A stretch of DNA of 64,000 nucleotides from contig CAXXUK010000001.1 of NCBI GenBank assembly GCA_963665125.2, positions 2,784,001 to 2,848,000 on the forward strand. Direction: 5' to 3'. Positions 1-9,116 of this stretch are shown piece by piece. Both the position numbers and the translations under genes were made by a program. The stretch comes from an uncultured Desulfarculus sp. (lineage in GTDB: Bacteria > Desulfobacterota > Desulfarculia > Desulfarculales > Desulfarculaceae). How positions within the stretch are numbered: the first letter of the stretch is position 1; each line of letters opens with the position of its first letter. Below the pieces are notes generated by a model that saw nothing but the letters and a program-made list of their open reading frames with translations, searched no databases and was not told the DNA's origin.

Positions 1-443
1 AGCCCGAAAGCAAGCCGTTTTCATTTATCTGCCCGGATTTAAAGGAACTGTCCAACTACGCTAACGTGACCAACTACGCCTACAAGACCCTGCGCCGCCT
101 GCTGCCGGGGCCGTACACCTTCATCCTGGAGGGCAGCCGCCAGGTGCCCAAGATGATGCTCACCCGGCGCAAGACCGCGGGCATCCGCGTGCCGGACCAT
201 CCGGTCTGCCTGGCCATTGTCCAGGAGTTGGGCCACCCGATCGTCAACGCCACGGCAACCGCGCCCGACGGCCGGGATCTGATCTATCCTTGGGAGATCG
301 AGGATGAACTGGGCCACGCCCTGGACCTGGTGGTGGACGGCGGACCCGTGCCGGGCCAGGAATCAAGCGTCATCGGCCTGGTGGGCGACGAGCCCGAGAT
401 CATCCGCGAAGGCGCCGGAGACGTCGAGGAGTTCCGGCTTTAG
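1..443 (+). CDS. Sua5/YciO/YrdC-family protein (5' truncated by window edge)
   Basis: Frame is open from position 3 (PESKPFSFICPDLKELSNYA...), then LLPGPYTFIL, GIRVPDHP, LGHPI, DLVVDGG and IIREGAG motifs of the YrdC/YciO fold. Confidence 0.85.
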   Translation, partial: PESKPFSFICPDLKELSNYANVTNYAYKTLRRLLPGPYTFILEGSRQVPKMMLTRRKTAGIRVPDHPVCLAIVQELGHPIVNATATAPDGRDLIYPWEIEDELGHALDLVVDGGPVPGQESSVIGLVGDEPEIIREGAGDVEEFRL

Positions 444-451
444 CCGGCCAG

Positions 452-1804
452 CTAGGCTATTTCTTTTTTTGCCTGTTCCACCGCGCCCTCGACCAGGGCC
501 CGGATTTCCTCCAGGCGGCCGACGTTTTGGGCCTCGAAACGCAAGACCAACGCGGGCTGGGTGTTGCTGGCCCGCACCAGTCCCCAGCCGTCGGGGAAGG
601 TCACCCGCACGCCATCGACATCGACGACCTCGTGGTCGGCCAGAATGCGGCCCACTGCGGCCACCACGTCGAACTTTATCTCGTCCGGGCAGTCCACCCG
701 GATCTCCGGGGTGTTGACCACCTCGGGCATGCCGTCGAGCCAGGTGGACAGGGGCTTGTCGGTCTTGGCCAACAGCTCCAGGATGCGTAGCGAGGCGTAG
801 ACGCCGTCGTCAAAGCCGAACCAGCGGTGCTTGAAGAAGATATGCCCGCTCATCTCGCCGGCCAGGATGGCCCCGGTGTCGGCCATTTTCTGTTTGATCA
901 GGCTGTGACCGGCCTTCCACATGATCGGCTTGCCGCCGTGGGCGGCGATATCGTCGTAGAGGTTCTTGGAGCATTTGACCTCGCCGATGATGGACGCGCC
1001 GGGGTTGTCGGCCAGAATGTCCCGGGCCAACAGGGCCAGCAGCATGTCGCCGTAGATGGGGTTGCCCTTTTCATCGACCACGCCCACCCGGTCGCAGTCG
1101 CCGTCAAAGGCGATGCCCGCCTCCAGGCCCTTGCCGGTGACCAGGGCCCGCAGATCCACAAGGTTTTCCATGACCGTGGGATCGGGCTCGTGGTTGGGGA
1201 AGGTGCCGTCCACATCGCAATACAGAGAGGTAACCGCCACGCCAAGGCGCTCCATTAGCTGGGGGGCCACCAGGCAGCCGGTGGCGTTGCCGCAGTCCAG
1301 GGCGATCTTCAAGGGCCGCTCCAGCTTGATGTTGTCGGCCACGTAGTCCATATAGTCCGGGATGATTGCGTAACCGGCCAGTTCGCCCCGGCCCTGGGGG
1401 AAGTCCCCGTCCTGGGTCAGTTGGTAGATTTTCTGGATCTCGTCGCCATGGATGGTGCTCTTGCCCAGCACGACCTTGAAACCGTTGTACTCCGGCGGGT
1501 TGTGGCTGGCGGTAATCATCACCCCGCCCTGGGCCTGAAGATGAAACACCGAAAAATAGAGTATCGGCGTGGTGCAGACTCCGCAGTCGATGACATCGAT
1601 GCCCGTGGACAAAAGGCCTTCCAACAAAAGATCGCGGTAATGATCCGAGCTCAAGCGCACGTCCCGGCCCAAGGTGATCTTTTCGGCATTGTTTTCCAGG
1701 AAATAAGCACCCAGGGCCCGTCCCAGGAGGCTGACGTCGGCATCGGTTATCTCTTTGTCTACTATGGCGCGGATGTCGTATTCGCGGAAGATCTTCTGGT
1801 TCAT
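452..1804 (-). CDS. Phosphomannomutase/phosphoglucomutase (AlgC-type)
   Basis: IFREYDIR N-terminus, ITASHNP phosphoserine loop, FDGDCDR metal loop, GEMSGH, VRASNTQP; start taken at MNQKIF downstream of GGAG. Confidence 0.95.
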   Translation of the reverse strand: MNQKIFREYDIRAIVDKEITDADVSLLGRALGAYFLENNAEKITLGRDVRLSSDHYRDLLLEGLLSTGIDVIDCGVCTTPILYFSVFHLQAQGGVMITASHNPPEYNGFKVVLGKSTIHGDEIQKIYQLTQDGDFPQGRGELAGYAIIPDYMDYVADNIKLERPLKIALDCGNATGCLVAPQLMERLGVAVTSLYCDVDGTFPNHEPDPTVMENLVDLRALVTGKGLEAGIAFDGDCDRVGVVDEKGNPIYGDMLLALLARDILADNPGASIIGEVKCSKNLYDDIAAHGGKPIMWKAGHSLIKQKMADTGAILAGEMSGHIFFKHRWFGFDDGVYASLRILELLAKTDKPLSTWLDGMPEVVNTPEIRVDCPDEIKFDVVAAVGRILADHEVVDVDGVRVTFPDGWGLVRASNTQPALVLRFEAQNVGRLEEIRALVEGAVEQAKKEIA

Positions 1805-1853
1805 GCCCTCTCCATGCAACTGGCCGGGGTTTCTGCAAAATTACCGGAAAGTC

Positions 1854-1883
1854 TTGTTAACACCATCTGCCGGGGCGTGTCAA
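1854..1883 (-). promoter_or_regulatory. Putative sigma70 promoter of the PMM/PGM gene
   Basis: Minus strand TTGACA-N18-TAACAA with TG just upstream of the -10 box. Confidence 0.4.
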
Positions 1884-2018
1884 GGGCCGCAATGCCGCCA
1901 CAAAACCGGACAGGTGAGCACCGCACAGCGTTTATTCAAGATTCCCCACCTTGAACGGAATTTCGATGAATGATGGAATTTTTATAATTAACGGCCACAT
2001 ATTTTCGACTAAGGCAGG

Positions 2019-3005
2019 CTATCCTTTTCGCAGGCTCACGCCTTCCATGATGTCAAGCTCATCGTCGCCGGGAACCACCATGGGTGGCTGGCCCATGGCG
2101 GGCAGCACCCAGCATTGGCCCGGGGCCAAATCGGCGAGCTTTTGGCCTCCGAGTTCCAGGCTGCCGCCGCCGTCGGCAACGTACCACAAGCGCAGCAACC
2201 CGTCGCCGCCGGCCTGGTATTGGTCGTCGATGCGGCGGTGCCAAAGCTCGAAGTGCTCCATGGCCACCAGCCGCCGGGAGCCGTTGGGCTGGCCCTCCAG
2301 GACCTGGGGGTCCTCGGCCTGGCCCGGCCCGCTGGTGTTCATGACGGACAAGGCCTTGTCCAGATGCAGGGGCCGCAGCACGCCGTCGCTGCCCGGACGG
2401 TCCCAGTCATAGATCCGGTAGGTCACGTCCGAGGCCTGCTGGATTTCAAGTATGGTCAAGCCCGGCCCGGTGGCGTGGATGGTCCCGGCCGGAATGGCGT
2501 AGGTCATGCCGGTGACCACCGGAATCCTGGCCAGCAGGTCGGCCATCATGCCCTTTTCAATGGCCCCTTTTATGGCGCCGGCCCCAAGGGGATGGTTCAA
2601 GCCGTGGATGATCTCCGCGCCGGGTTCGGCGGCCAGCACATGCCAGGCCTCGCTCTTGCCCCAGGGCTCACCCTCCAACTCCCTGGCCTGCTCGTCGTTG
2701 GGGTGGACCTGCACGCTGAGCCATTGGCCCACGCTTAGAATCTTCAAAAGCAGCGGGAAAAACACGGCCTCCGGGTCGCCGGTGATTTGGCCGGGCCATT
2801 GTCTGACGATCTCATCCAGGCCCAGGCCGTCGAAGGGCCCACCCTTGGCTCTGGTGATGTGGTGTCGGTCGCTGGCCAGCCAGATTTCGCCGGTATGGGG
2901 CGGCGGGTTGAATATCTTCCTCAAGCCGGGCGGCATCTGGGCCGCACCCCAGACCTTGTCCAAAAAGATCGGCTCCAGTTGAAAAGGCTGCATGGCTTGG
3001 TTCAT
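2019..3005 (-). CDS. manA: Mannose-6-phosphate isomerase, type I
   Basis: KVWG, GEIW, PLLLKIL, LSVQVHP, GKSEAW, IPAGTIHA and EIQQASDVTYRIYDW motifs. Confidence 0.92.
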   Translation of the reverse strand: MNQAMQPFQLEPIFLDKVWGAAQMPPGLRKIFNPPPHTGEIWLASDRHHITRAKGGPFDGLGLDEIVRQWPGQITGDPEAVFFPLLLKILSVGQWLSVQVHPNDEQARELEGEPWGKSEAWHVLAAEPGAEIIHGLNHPLGAGAIKGAIEKGMMADLLARIPVVTGMTYAIPAGTIHATGPGLTILEIQQASDVTYRIYDWDRPGSDGVLRPLHLDKALSVMNTSGPGQAEDPQVLEGQPNGSRRLVAMEHFELWHRRIDDQYQAGGDGLLRLWYVADGGGSLELGGQKLADLAPGQCWVLPAMGQPPMVVPGDDELDIMEGVSLRKG

Positions 3006-3023
3006 GGCAATCTCTCCGCCGAA

Positions 3024-3995
3024 TCAGGCCGCCGGATCGCGCCGGACAGATATCATTTCCAGGGCAACCACTGCGGCGAATCCGATAAGCATCACGGCCA
3101 CGGCAAGCATGAACTGCTGGTCAAATGCCGGCGGCCAGATGTTTTGCTCTTGAATTACATATACCTTACCGCCAATTATCCTGGTATCGACAACTTCTTT
3201 CCAGGGCCAGATTTTGCGCATGGCCCCGATCATGAAACCGGTCAGGGCGGCGATGGTGGCGTCGTGCCAGCGCTCAAAGAGCCACTTGAGCACCCTGGAG
3301 AATCCGCCCAGGCCCAGGGCCGCTCCGGCCACGAAGACGATGATGATCAGCATGTTTTCCGGCGTGAAAGGATTTTTCAACGCGCCGGTGACATAGGCGT
3401 ACTTGCCCAGCAGCAGCAGGATAAAGGCCCCGGAGATGCCCGGCAGGATCATGGCGCAGATGGCCAGGGCCCCGCAGAAAAAGATGAACCACAGGGAGTT
3501 GGGCGTCTGCACGGGGATCAGGCCCACGATAACGAACCCGGCCGCCGCGCCCAAGACCAGCATGATCCAGTAAACCGCGCCGCGCTGTTTCACCCTGCGG
3601 CCCACCACCAGGATCGAGGCGGCGATGAGCCCGAAAAACAGCGACCATACGGGCACAGGGTGATGTTCCAACAGATAGTGCATCAGCCGGGCCATGGAGA
3701 CCAGGGCCGTGGCGATGCCCAAAAACAGGGGAATCAAAAAGCGCAGGTGCACCGCGTCCAGGGCCCCGGCGATGTCGAAGCGGACCAGGCGGGAAAAAAA
3801 CCGTCCGCCCACGCTGGTGATGGCGGTAATCAGATCACCGTAGATGCCGGTGATGAAGGCCATGGTCCCGCCGCTGACGCCGGGGATGATATCGGCCCCA
3901 CCCATGCACAGTCCCTTGAGCCACAGGATAAAGGCCTCGCGCCAGGTCTGTGGACCCGGCCCGGACAAAATTGCCTGGATGTACTTGTTTGCCAT
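3024..3995 (-). CDS. DUF368-family membrane protein (undecaprenyl-phosphate translocase family)
   Basis: KGLCMGGADIIPGVSGGTMAFITGIY and AMILPGISGAFILLLLG signature repeats; multiple TM segments. Confidence 0.9.
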   Translation of the reverse strand: MANKYIQAILSGPGPQTWREAFILWLKGLCMGGADIIPGVSGGTMAFITGIYGDLITAITSVGGRFFSRLVRFDIAGALDAVHLRFLIPLFLGIATALVSMARLMHYLLEHHPVPVWSLFFGLIAASILVVGRRVKQRGAVYWIMLVLGAAAGFVIVGLIPVQTPNSLWFIFFCGALAICAMILPGISGAFILLLLGKYAYVTGALKNPFTPENMLIIIVFVAGAALGLGGFSRVLKWLFERWHDATIAALTGFMIGAMRKIWPWKEVVDTRIIGGKVYVIQEQNIWPPAFDQQFMLAVAVMLIGFAAVVALEMISVRRDPAA

Positions 3996-4000
3996 AATCG

Positions 4001-5077
4001 CTATAGGAACTTGTCCAGCTTTTGTTCTTTGAGTTGTTCAATGACCAGGCGCACGTCCTGGCAGCGGTCCCTGGGCAGGACCATCAGCACGTCGTCGGTG
4101 ACCACGGCCACCAGGTTGTCCACGCCCAGAAGGGCCGTGAGCCTGCCCTGGGCCGAGACGACGTTGCCCGTGGCCTCGATGGCCAGCACTTGGCCCTCGT
4201 TGCAGGCGTTTTGGGCCTCGTCCACGGGCCATAGCTCGGTCATGGCCTCCCAGGAGCCCACGTCCGACCAGCCGAAATCGGCCCGCACCACCCGCAGGCG
4301 GTCGGTCTTTTCCAGGATGCCGTAGTCCACGCTTTCCGAAGGCAGGCCTGGATAGACCCGCTCCAGGGCCCCGGACTGGCCGGTGGTGTCCAGATCCGGC
4401 GCCAAGGCGGCCAACCCCTGGGCCAGTTCGGGCATCAGGCGCCCCATCTCGGCCATGAACGTATCGGCCCGCCAGGCGAACATGCCCGAATTCCACATGT
4501 GGCGGCCCGACTCCAGATAGGCCTGGGCCATGGCCAGGGCTGGTTTTTCATGGAAGGCCCGGACCTCGTAGACCTTGGGGTCGGTTTGATCGACCGGCTC
4601 GCCGCCTTCGATATAGCCGAAGCCCGTGGCCGGGTAGCGCGGGGTCAGGCCCAGGGTCACCAGCATCTGCTCTTCATAAGCGACCTTGGCCGCCTTTTCC
4701 AGGGTGCGCAGAAACAGTGATTCGTCGGTGATCAAATGATCGGCGGGCAAAACCAGGCAGACGCCTTGGGGGTCGCGGCGGGCCACCCAGGCCGCGCCCA
4801 CACCGGCCGCCGCAGCGGTGTTGCGGCCAACCGGCTCGGCCAGGACCTGACCGGGGGCCAGTTGGGGAAGCTGGGCCGCCACGTCGGCGGCATAAGCCGC
4901 GCCGGTGACGATGAGCACGTTTTCAGCGGGGATCAACGGCGCGATGCGCTCCACGGTCTGCTGGAGCATGCTTCGGCTGCCGGTCAGGGCCAACAGCTGT
5001 TTGGGCCTGTTCTTGCGGCTGGCGGGCCAAAAGCGCGTCCCGCTGCCCCCGGCCATGACCACTGCGTAGATGTTCAT
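4001..5077 (-). CDS. manC: Mannose-1-phosphate guanylyltransferase
   Basis: MAGGSGTRFWPASR..PKQ, EPVGRNTA, LPADH, GFGYI, WNSGMF, SVDYGILEK and WSDVGSW motifs. Confidence 0.95.
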   Translation of the reverse strand: MNIYAVVMAGGSGTRFWPASRKNRPKQLLALTGSRSMLQQTVERIAPLIPAENVLIVTGAAYAADVAAQLPQLAPGQVLAEPVGRNTAAAAGVGAAWVARRDPQGVCLVLPADHLITDESLFLRTLEKAAKVAYEEQMLVTLGLTPRYPATGFGYIEGGEPVDQTDPKVYEVRAFHEKPALAMAQAYLESGRHMWNSGMFAWRADTFMAEMGRLMPELAQGLAALAPDLDTTGQSGALERVYPGLPSESVDYGILEKTDRLRVVRADFGWSDVGSWEAMTELWPVDEAQNACNEGQVLAIEATGNVVSAQGRLTALLGVDNLVAVVTDDVLMVLPRDRCQDVRLVIEQLKEQKLDKFL

Positions 5078-5080
5078 CGA

Positions 5081-5884
5081 TCAGTTTCCCAAAAAATTCC
5101 AGGCCAGGGCGGTCAGGCCCAGGGCCCAGCAATAATACGCAAAAAGATGCAGCCTCCCCTGGCGCACGATGCTCAGCAGAAATTTCAGGGCCGCCCAGCC
5201 CACCACGGCGGCGGTCAAACCGCCGGCAAGCATCACCGGAAGGGAGGCGCCGGGAGCCCCGGCCTTGGCCGCGTCCAACACCTGCAACAGCAGGGCCCCG
5301 AGGATGGCCGGGATGGACATAACAAATGATATCCGGGCTGCGAACTCCCGGTCCAGCCCCAAAAGCAGGCCCGTGGCAATGGTGGCTCCCGAGCGGCTGA
5401 TGCCCGGCGTTATGGCCAGGCCCTGGGCCACGCCCATGATCAGAGCCCGCACGGGGCCGGTGCCGACCGCGTCCAGTCCCTTGCCCCTGGCCAGCTTGGT
5501 GAGCATCAGCAGGCATCCGGTGATCAAAAGAGCCGCGCCCACGGCCAAAAGCGAGGCGAACATGCTCTCGAACCAGTCCTTGAAGGCCAAGCCCATCACG
5601 GCCGTTGGTATGCTGGCCGCCACCACCAATATGATGAGCTTGCGGCCCGTGCGGCCCTCTTCATCGGTGGCCCACAGCCCCCGGATCATCGACCAGACAT
5701 CGCGCCAAAAAACCAATAAAACCGCAGCTAAAGTACCCACATGCACCGCCACGTCGAACATCAGCTGCGGTTCGTGCAGGCCCAGAAGACGCTGGCCCAG
5801 GACCAGGTGGCCCGAAGAACTCACCGGGAGAAACTCCGTGAGTCCCTGTACCATACCTAGTATTACCGCTTGGCCGTAGTCCAT
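5081..5884 (-). CDS. uppP: Undecaprenyl-diphosphate phosphatase (BacA)
   Basis: QGLTEFLPVSSSGHL and PGISRSGATI motifs. Confidence 0.96.
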   Translation of the reverse strand: MDYGQAVILGMVQGLTEFLPVSSSGHLVLGQRLLGLHEPQLMFDVAVHVGTLAAVLLVFWRDVWSMIRGLWATDEEGRTGRKLIILVVAASIPTAVMGLAFKDWFESMFASLLAVGAALLITGCLLMLTKLARGKGLDAVGTGPVRALIMGVAQGLAITPGISRSGATIATGLLLGLDREFAARISFVMSIPAILGALLLQVLDAAKAGAPGASLPVMLAGGLTAAVVGWAALKFLLSIVRQGRLHLFAYYCWALGLTALAWNFLGN

Positions 5885-6023
5885 TATAATGCGCCTCCAA
5901 AGTCCCTGGAATATAGCTTGTGGCCCCCTTCAAGTCGAGCCCTTTTGCCCGAAGCACCCCCTCATGTACCGCTTGTACCGGTCCCGGAGATACAAAAACT
6001 AAAAAATACATTCAGTTATGCCC

Positions 6024-6052
6024 TTGACATAGCAAACCAAATTGCTTATAAC
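6024..6052 (+). promoter_or_regulatory. sigma70 promoter upstream of the HU/IHF gene
   Basis: TTGACA-N17-TATAAC, near consensus. Confidence 0.75.
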
Positions 6053-6113
6053 CAAGCCGATAACTGCACTTAAATATGAACCCTGTTGGGTAGCAGTTGA
6101 GGAGCGCCCGTCT

Positions 6114-6395
6114 ATGAACAAGTCGCAGCTGATAGAGGCTCTGGCCAAAGCCGAGAACCTCACGATCAAAAAAGCAGAGATGGTCGTAAACACCCTTTTC
6201 GGTTCCATCGAAGAGGCATTGGTGCAAGGCGACCGCGTGGAAATCAGGGGCTTTGGCAGCTTCAAGGTGAAGAACTATGATGGCTACCAGGGACGCAACC
6301 CCAAGACGGGTGAGATCATCCAGGTCGGCCAGAAAAAATTACCCTTCTTCAAGGTCGGCAAGGAACTCAAGGAAAAGGTCGACGGCAAGAGATAA
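6114..6395 (+). CDS. HU/IHF-family DNA-binding protein (IHF beta-like)
   Basis: MNKSQLI, RVEIRGFGSF, GRNPKTGE, PFFKVGKELKE; GAGGAG SD upstream of ATG 6114. Confidence 0.93.
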   Translation: MNKSQLIEALAKAENLTIKKAEMVVNTLFGSIEEALVQGDRVEIRGFGSFKVKNYDGYQGRNPKTGEIIQVGQKKLPFFKVGKELKEKVDGKR

Positions 6396-6498
6396 TCTCG
6401 TCCCGATCCTTCCTTGAAAGCTTGCAAAGATTTAATAGATCGCCTTACCCCGCTTGCGATCGCGGCGGGGTTGCTCTATTTTTAAGCATCATCAACCC

Positions 6499-6655
6499 AC
6501 CAGCGGCGGCGAGGTGGGCTCCGAGACTGGTTGGACACCGCGCAACGAACGGTTGTGAACCCCGTCAGATCCGGGAGGAAGCAGCGGTAAGCAATGCGGT
6601 TCGTGTCGCGGATCGTTCTGGCTGGTTCTCGGGGCCTTCTTCGCCGCCGCTTGGT
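6499..6655 (+). ncRNA. ffs: Signal recognition particle (4.5S) RNA
   Basis: Domain IV motif TCAGATCC-GGGA-GGAAGCAGC at the apex of a long hairpin closed by ACCAGCGGCGGCGA / TCGCCGCCGCTTGGT; ends approximate. Confidence 0.9.
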
Positions 6656-6685
6656 TCGGGCCTCGTCTGATGCTAAAATCTGTTC

Positions 6686-6958
6686 ATGAGCACCATCCGC
6701 CAAACCATTGCCGGACAACTGGGCCGCCAGAGCATGAGCGCCAAACAAATAGCCGACGCCCTGCTGCTGACGCCCGCCGACGTGGAGCACCACCTGGGGC
6801 ACCTGGCCCGCTCCCTGAAAACCAAATTAAAAACCCAACCGGCCCAATGCATGGACTGCGGCTTTGTATTCAAGGACCGCAAACGGCTTGATGCGCCGGG
6901 GCGCTGCCCAAGCTGCAGGTCCCAACGCATCGCCGGGCCCTGGTTTCGGATCGTTTGA
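6686..6958 (+). CDS. Small HTH + Zn-ribbon putative transcriptional regulator
   Basis: N-terminal HTH-like segment (SAKQIADAL..VEHHLGHL) and CMDCG...CPSCRS ribbon, COG3357-like. Confidence 0.8.
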   Translation: MSTIRQTIAGQLGRQSMSAKQIADALLLTPADVEHHLGHLARSLKTKLKTQPAQCMDCGFVFKDRKRLDAPGRCPSCRSQRIAGPWFRIV

Positions 6959-7085
6959 CAGTTTTTTTTCACAGTCTTTAGACTGGACAAATCAGGGTTT
7001 TGACGTATAAATCAGGGTTTATACACCTTGATAATACCTGATTGTGCTAATATTTTTGTCAGGTCGTCTCACCGGAGAGTATGCG

Positions 7086-8075
7086 ATGCCGTCAGTGGCG
7101 CAAAAAAAAGATCTGACAGACGGCGATTTTTTCGCCGCTTCGCCCCTGATGATCTTTCCCCAGACCCAGGGCGGCTTTAAGGTATTTCTGAAGCTCAACA
7201 GCAACTATGTTCTTTATTCCAACGCCAACACGACCTTCACCGAGGAACACCGCCAACGGCTCTACAACAACGGCGTGGAGGAAATATTCGTACTGACCGA
7301 GCAAAAGATGGCCTACGACGAATACGTGGAACGCAACCTGGGCGAAATTTTGCAAAACGACGCCCTGCCGGTGCGCGAGCGGGCCAAGGTCTTTTATAAA
7401 TCCTCAGTTGGCATCATCAAGGAGACCTTCGAGTCACGCCTGCCCACGTCCCTGGACAAACGCTATTTTGACCGCATCGCCCACTTCGTGGAACAGGGCG
7501 TCTCCTTCATGACCAAACAGGGCTCCCTGAAGAGCCTGGCCACGCTTATCAGCCACGACTACCAGACCTACAGCCATTGCGTACAGGTATTTGTTTTTAC
7601 CACGGCCATTCTCCAGACCTATGAGGAATTGGACAACGACACCATCATCCAGTGCGGCATCGGGGCCATTCTCCACGACCTGGGCAAGACCCGCATACCC
7701 AGGCGCATCATCAACAAGCCCGGCCCGCTCACTCACGAGGAACGCCAGGAAATCAACAGGCACCCCCTGCACGGCGTGGCCATGACGGCCAATGCGTCCA
7801 TCAGCAAGGAAACATACAATTCCATCCTGTTCCACCATGAGCGCATGGACGGCGGCGGATATCCGGCGGGCATGCAGGGCGCCGACATCCCCCTGCCAGT
7901 CCGGGTGCTTACGGTCTGCGACGTATACGACGCCCTGACCTCGGACAGGCCCTACGCCAAACAGATCACCCCGTTCGAGGCCCTGTCGATCATGCGTGAC
8001 GAAATGGACGGGGCCTTTGACCAGCGTGCGTTCAAGCGGCTGGTCATGGTCCTCAGCGGCGCCAAGGTTATCTAG
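7086..8075 (+). CDS. HD-GYP domain cyclic-dinucleotide phosphodiesterase
   Basis: TYSHC, HDLGK, HHERMDGGGYP and DVYDALTSDRPY; start at ATG 7086 after GGAG. Confidence 0.9.
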   Translation: MPSVAQKKDLTDGDFFAASPLMIFPQTQGGFKVFLKLNSNYVLYSNANTTFTEEHRQRLYNNGVEEIFVLTEQKMAYDEYVERNLGEILQNDALPVRERAKVFYKSSVGIIKETFESRLPTSLDKRYFDRIAHFVEQGVSFMTKQGSLKSLATLISHDYQTYSHCVQVFVFTTAILQTYEELDNDTIIQCGIGAILHDLGKTRIPRRIINKPGPLTHEERQEINRHPLHGVAMTANASISKETYNSILFHHERMDGGGYPAGMQGADIPLPVRVLTVCDVYDALTSDRPYAKQITPFEALSIMRDEMDGAFDQRAFKRLVMVLSGAKVI

Positions 8076-8171
8076 ATCTGCGTGAAAAAATGGCATCCCC
8101 CTACAGTCCATGGTAGTATCGATACCCAATAAATTTCTTTAGAACGATCATGGTTTGCATGGGGGGGCAAT

Positions 8172-8399
8172 ATGAATCGTTGGCAGTGGTGTCTGCGCAG
8201 ACTCATATCTATTTTCCTGATCCTGGCCGGCATCTTCCTGATGGGCCTGGGCTTAATTTTCTCCGACACAACGGCTGCATTCGCCAAGGGGGCCGGTGGG
8301 GCCTGGGCCAAGGCCTTTTTCGCTGGCCTGGGCGGCATCTTCAGTATGTTGGTGGGCCTGGCCATACGCCAGCGATTGGTCAGCCAGAAGACATTTTGA
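8172..8399 (+). CDS. Small two-TM membrane protein, unknown function
   Basis: Two hydrophobic helices; G-rich SD-like sequence upstream. Confidence 0.55.
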   Translation: MNRWQWCLRRLISIFLILAGIFLMGLGLIFSDTTAAFAKGAGGAWAKAFFAGLGGIFSMLVGLAIRQRLVSQKTF

Positions 8400-8509
8400 C
8401 GGAGGCGGGCGTCTTCGCGTCACCGGACATCCGATCTCGTCAAATGATTGACGGCGCCGGCCGGGGGAAAATTTTTCCTTGAGGCTTGAGTCGGCGTGCG
8501 CACATTGGT

Positions 8510-8695
8510 TCAGGCATAGCGGCTGATTCCGCTGCCCGGGTCCTGGGATTCGTCCTTGGTGCGATCACTAAGCTGTTCGTTCTTGCGACGGGGCATCACC
8601 TTTTCAGCCTCTCGGCTCCGCTTTCGCAGAAGCTTCTTGTTGTCGACGCCCTCCGGCTTCCTGAGGATGCCTGCGAGGTTGAGATCGACCAACAT
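8510..8695 (-). CDS. 61-aa basic hypothetical protein (MLVDLNLAG...GSGISRYA)
   Basis: AGGAGG SD 6 nt before the ATG at 8695, in frame with track ORF 8510-8878. Confidence 0.55.
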   Translation of the reverse strand: MLVDLNLAGILRKPEGVDNKKLLRKRSREAEKVMPRRKNEQLSDRTKDESQDPGSGISRYA

Positions 8696-8714
8696 GGGGC
8701 ACCTCCTGCCCATC

Positions 8715-8742
8715 TTATCGGCCATCTCCGCCAAAAACTTGA
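8715..8742 (-). promoter_or_regulatory. Putative sigma28 (FliA) promoter
   Basis: Minus strand TCAA(GTTT)-N16-GCCGATAA, with a perfect -10 box. Confidence 0.6.
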
Positions 8743-8750
8743 AGAATTGA

Positions 8751-8978
8751 TCACGGGCGGGTCGTGGCGGGACGCCTTTCGTGGGGCTGCGGCGGCTGCA
8801 TCGCCAGCTTACCGGCCATGTCTTCCACAAACAGAGCGCATTCGCGCCTGCGGTTGGGCGAGCACTGGGGACGCCCATTGTTCCAGACGCTGCGATGGCA
8901 GCTCAGGCAAAGCAAATCAGGACTGAGAAGTGCCTGCTGATAGAATTTGGCCAACTTGCTGTGCGCCGCTTTGTACAT
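8751..8978 (-). CDS. 75-aa Cys-rich hypothetical protein
   Basis: AGGAG SD before the ATG; four Cys (CLSC...C...C) that could bind metal. Confidence 0.55.
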   Translation of the reverse strand: MYKAAHSKLAKFYQQALLSPDLLCLSCHRSVWNNGRPQCSPNRRRECALFVEDMAGKLAMQPPQPHERRPATTRP

Positions 8979-9018
8979 TTCAACTCCTCTTGGGCCGGTT
9001 GTTCATGGCCTGTCTATT

Positions 9019-9035
9019 TGCACATTTGGTGCCAA
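9019..9035 (-). promoter_or_regulatory. Putative sigma54 promoter
   Basis: Minus strand TTGGCAC-CAAAT-GTGCA matches the -24/-12 consensus TGGCAC-N5-TTGCW with one mismatch, about 40 nt before ATG 8978. Confidence 0.6.
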
Positions 9036-9116
9036 ACGCTTTGGGTCACCTCCGGACTTGCCTTGCAGGGCACGACATGCTAGCCTAAGCCGTCGACTAT
9101 TGGGGGCATTTAGCCT

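Noticed and set aside
6056..6063. sigma28 -10 box GCCGATAA upstream of the HU/IHF gene
   Set aside because: No matching -35 at 15-16 nt spacing; the adjacent near-consensus sigma70 promoter explains the region
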